The notes under the pieces are model-generated. The model did no database searches. It saw only the letters and a program-made list of their open reading frames with translations, and had not been told where the DNA came from. The position numbers were made by a program, and so were the translations under genes. Shown piece by piece: positions 63,781 to 64,000 of a stretch of DNA of 64,000 nt (position 1 is the first letter of the stretch; each line of letters begins with the position of its first letter). Where the stretch lies: assembly GCF_009914755.1 (NCBI RefSeq), contig NC_060931.1, one strand, 5' to 3'. The stretch is from the human T2T-CHM13v2.0 reference genome, Homo sapiens.

Positions 63781-64000
63781 TTTCAGAGGTATTTGAACTG
63801 GAGCAACTTCATCTTGAATAGGGGCTGGGTAAAATGAGGCTGAGACCTACTGGGCTGCATTTCCAGAAGGTTTGTCATTTTAAGTCACAGGAAGAGATAG
63901 GAGGTCAAGTTTGGCAAAATAATACAGGTCATAACGACTTTGCTGATAAAACTGGTTGTAGTAAAGAAGTTGAACAAAACCCACCAAAGCCAAGATGACA
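63781..64000 (+). mobile_element. MER41 ERV1 LTR, 5' part, continuing past the window end
   Basis: tcagagg..tttgaac..gagcaact.catcttgaataggggctgggtaaaatgaggctgagacctactgggctgcat. Confidence 0.9.

Noticed and set aside
63860-63868. GAS-like tttccagaa in MER41
   Set aside because: Does not match TTCnnnGAA spacing

Overview
Primate (human-like) AT-rich, gene-poor genomic DNA, either intergenic or deep intronic. I find no supportable host protein-coding exon, RNA gene or CRISPR array, and no evidence of a new multi-gene system. The window is a mosaic of transposable-element relics: Alu (J/S/Y, FLAM), L1 (young L1PA and old L1M), L2, MIR, MaLR/ERVL/ERV1 LTRs (MST, THE1, MLT1, MLT2, MER31, MER21, MER41) and DNA transposons (MER44/Tigger7, MER5, MER33). 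All ORFs in the track are repeat-derived or chance; the only long meaningful one is the C-terminus of L1 ORF2p. The notable signals are structural. (1) A gap-free 165-bp inverted duplication (about 90% identity) anchored at a perfect 13-bp hairpin. (2) An 80-bp locally copied LTR-flank junction. (3) Three L1 insertions of different ages with 5' inversions. (4) An oddly mutated AluY with a perfect 18-bp TSD. (5) AT-rich fold-back palindromes. Repeat family names come from recalled consensus sequences, not a database search, so subfamily labels and old-element boundaries are approximate.
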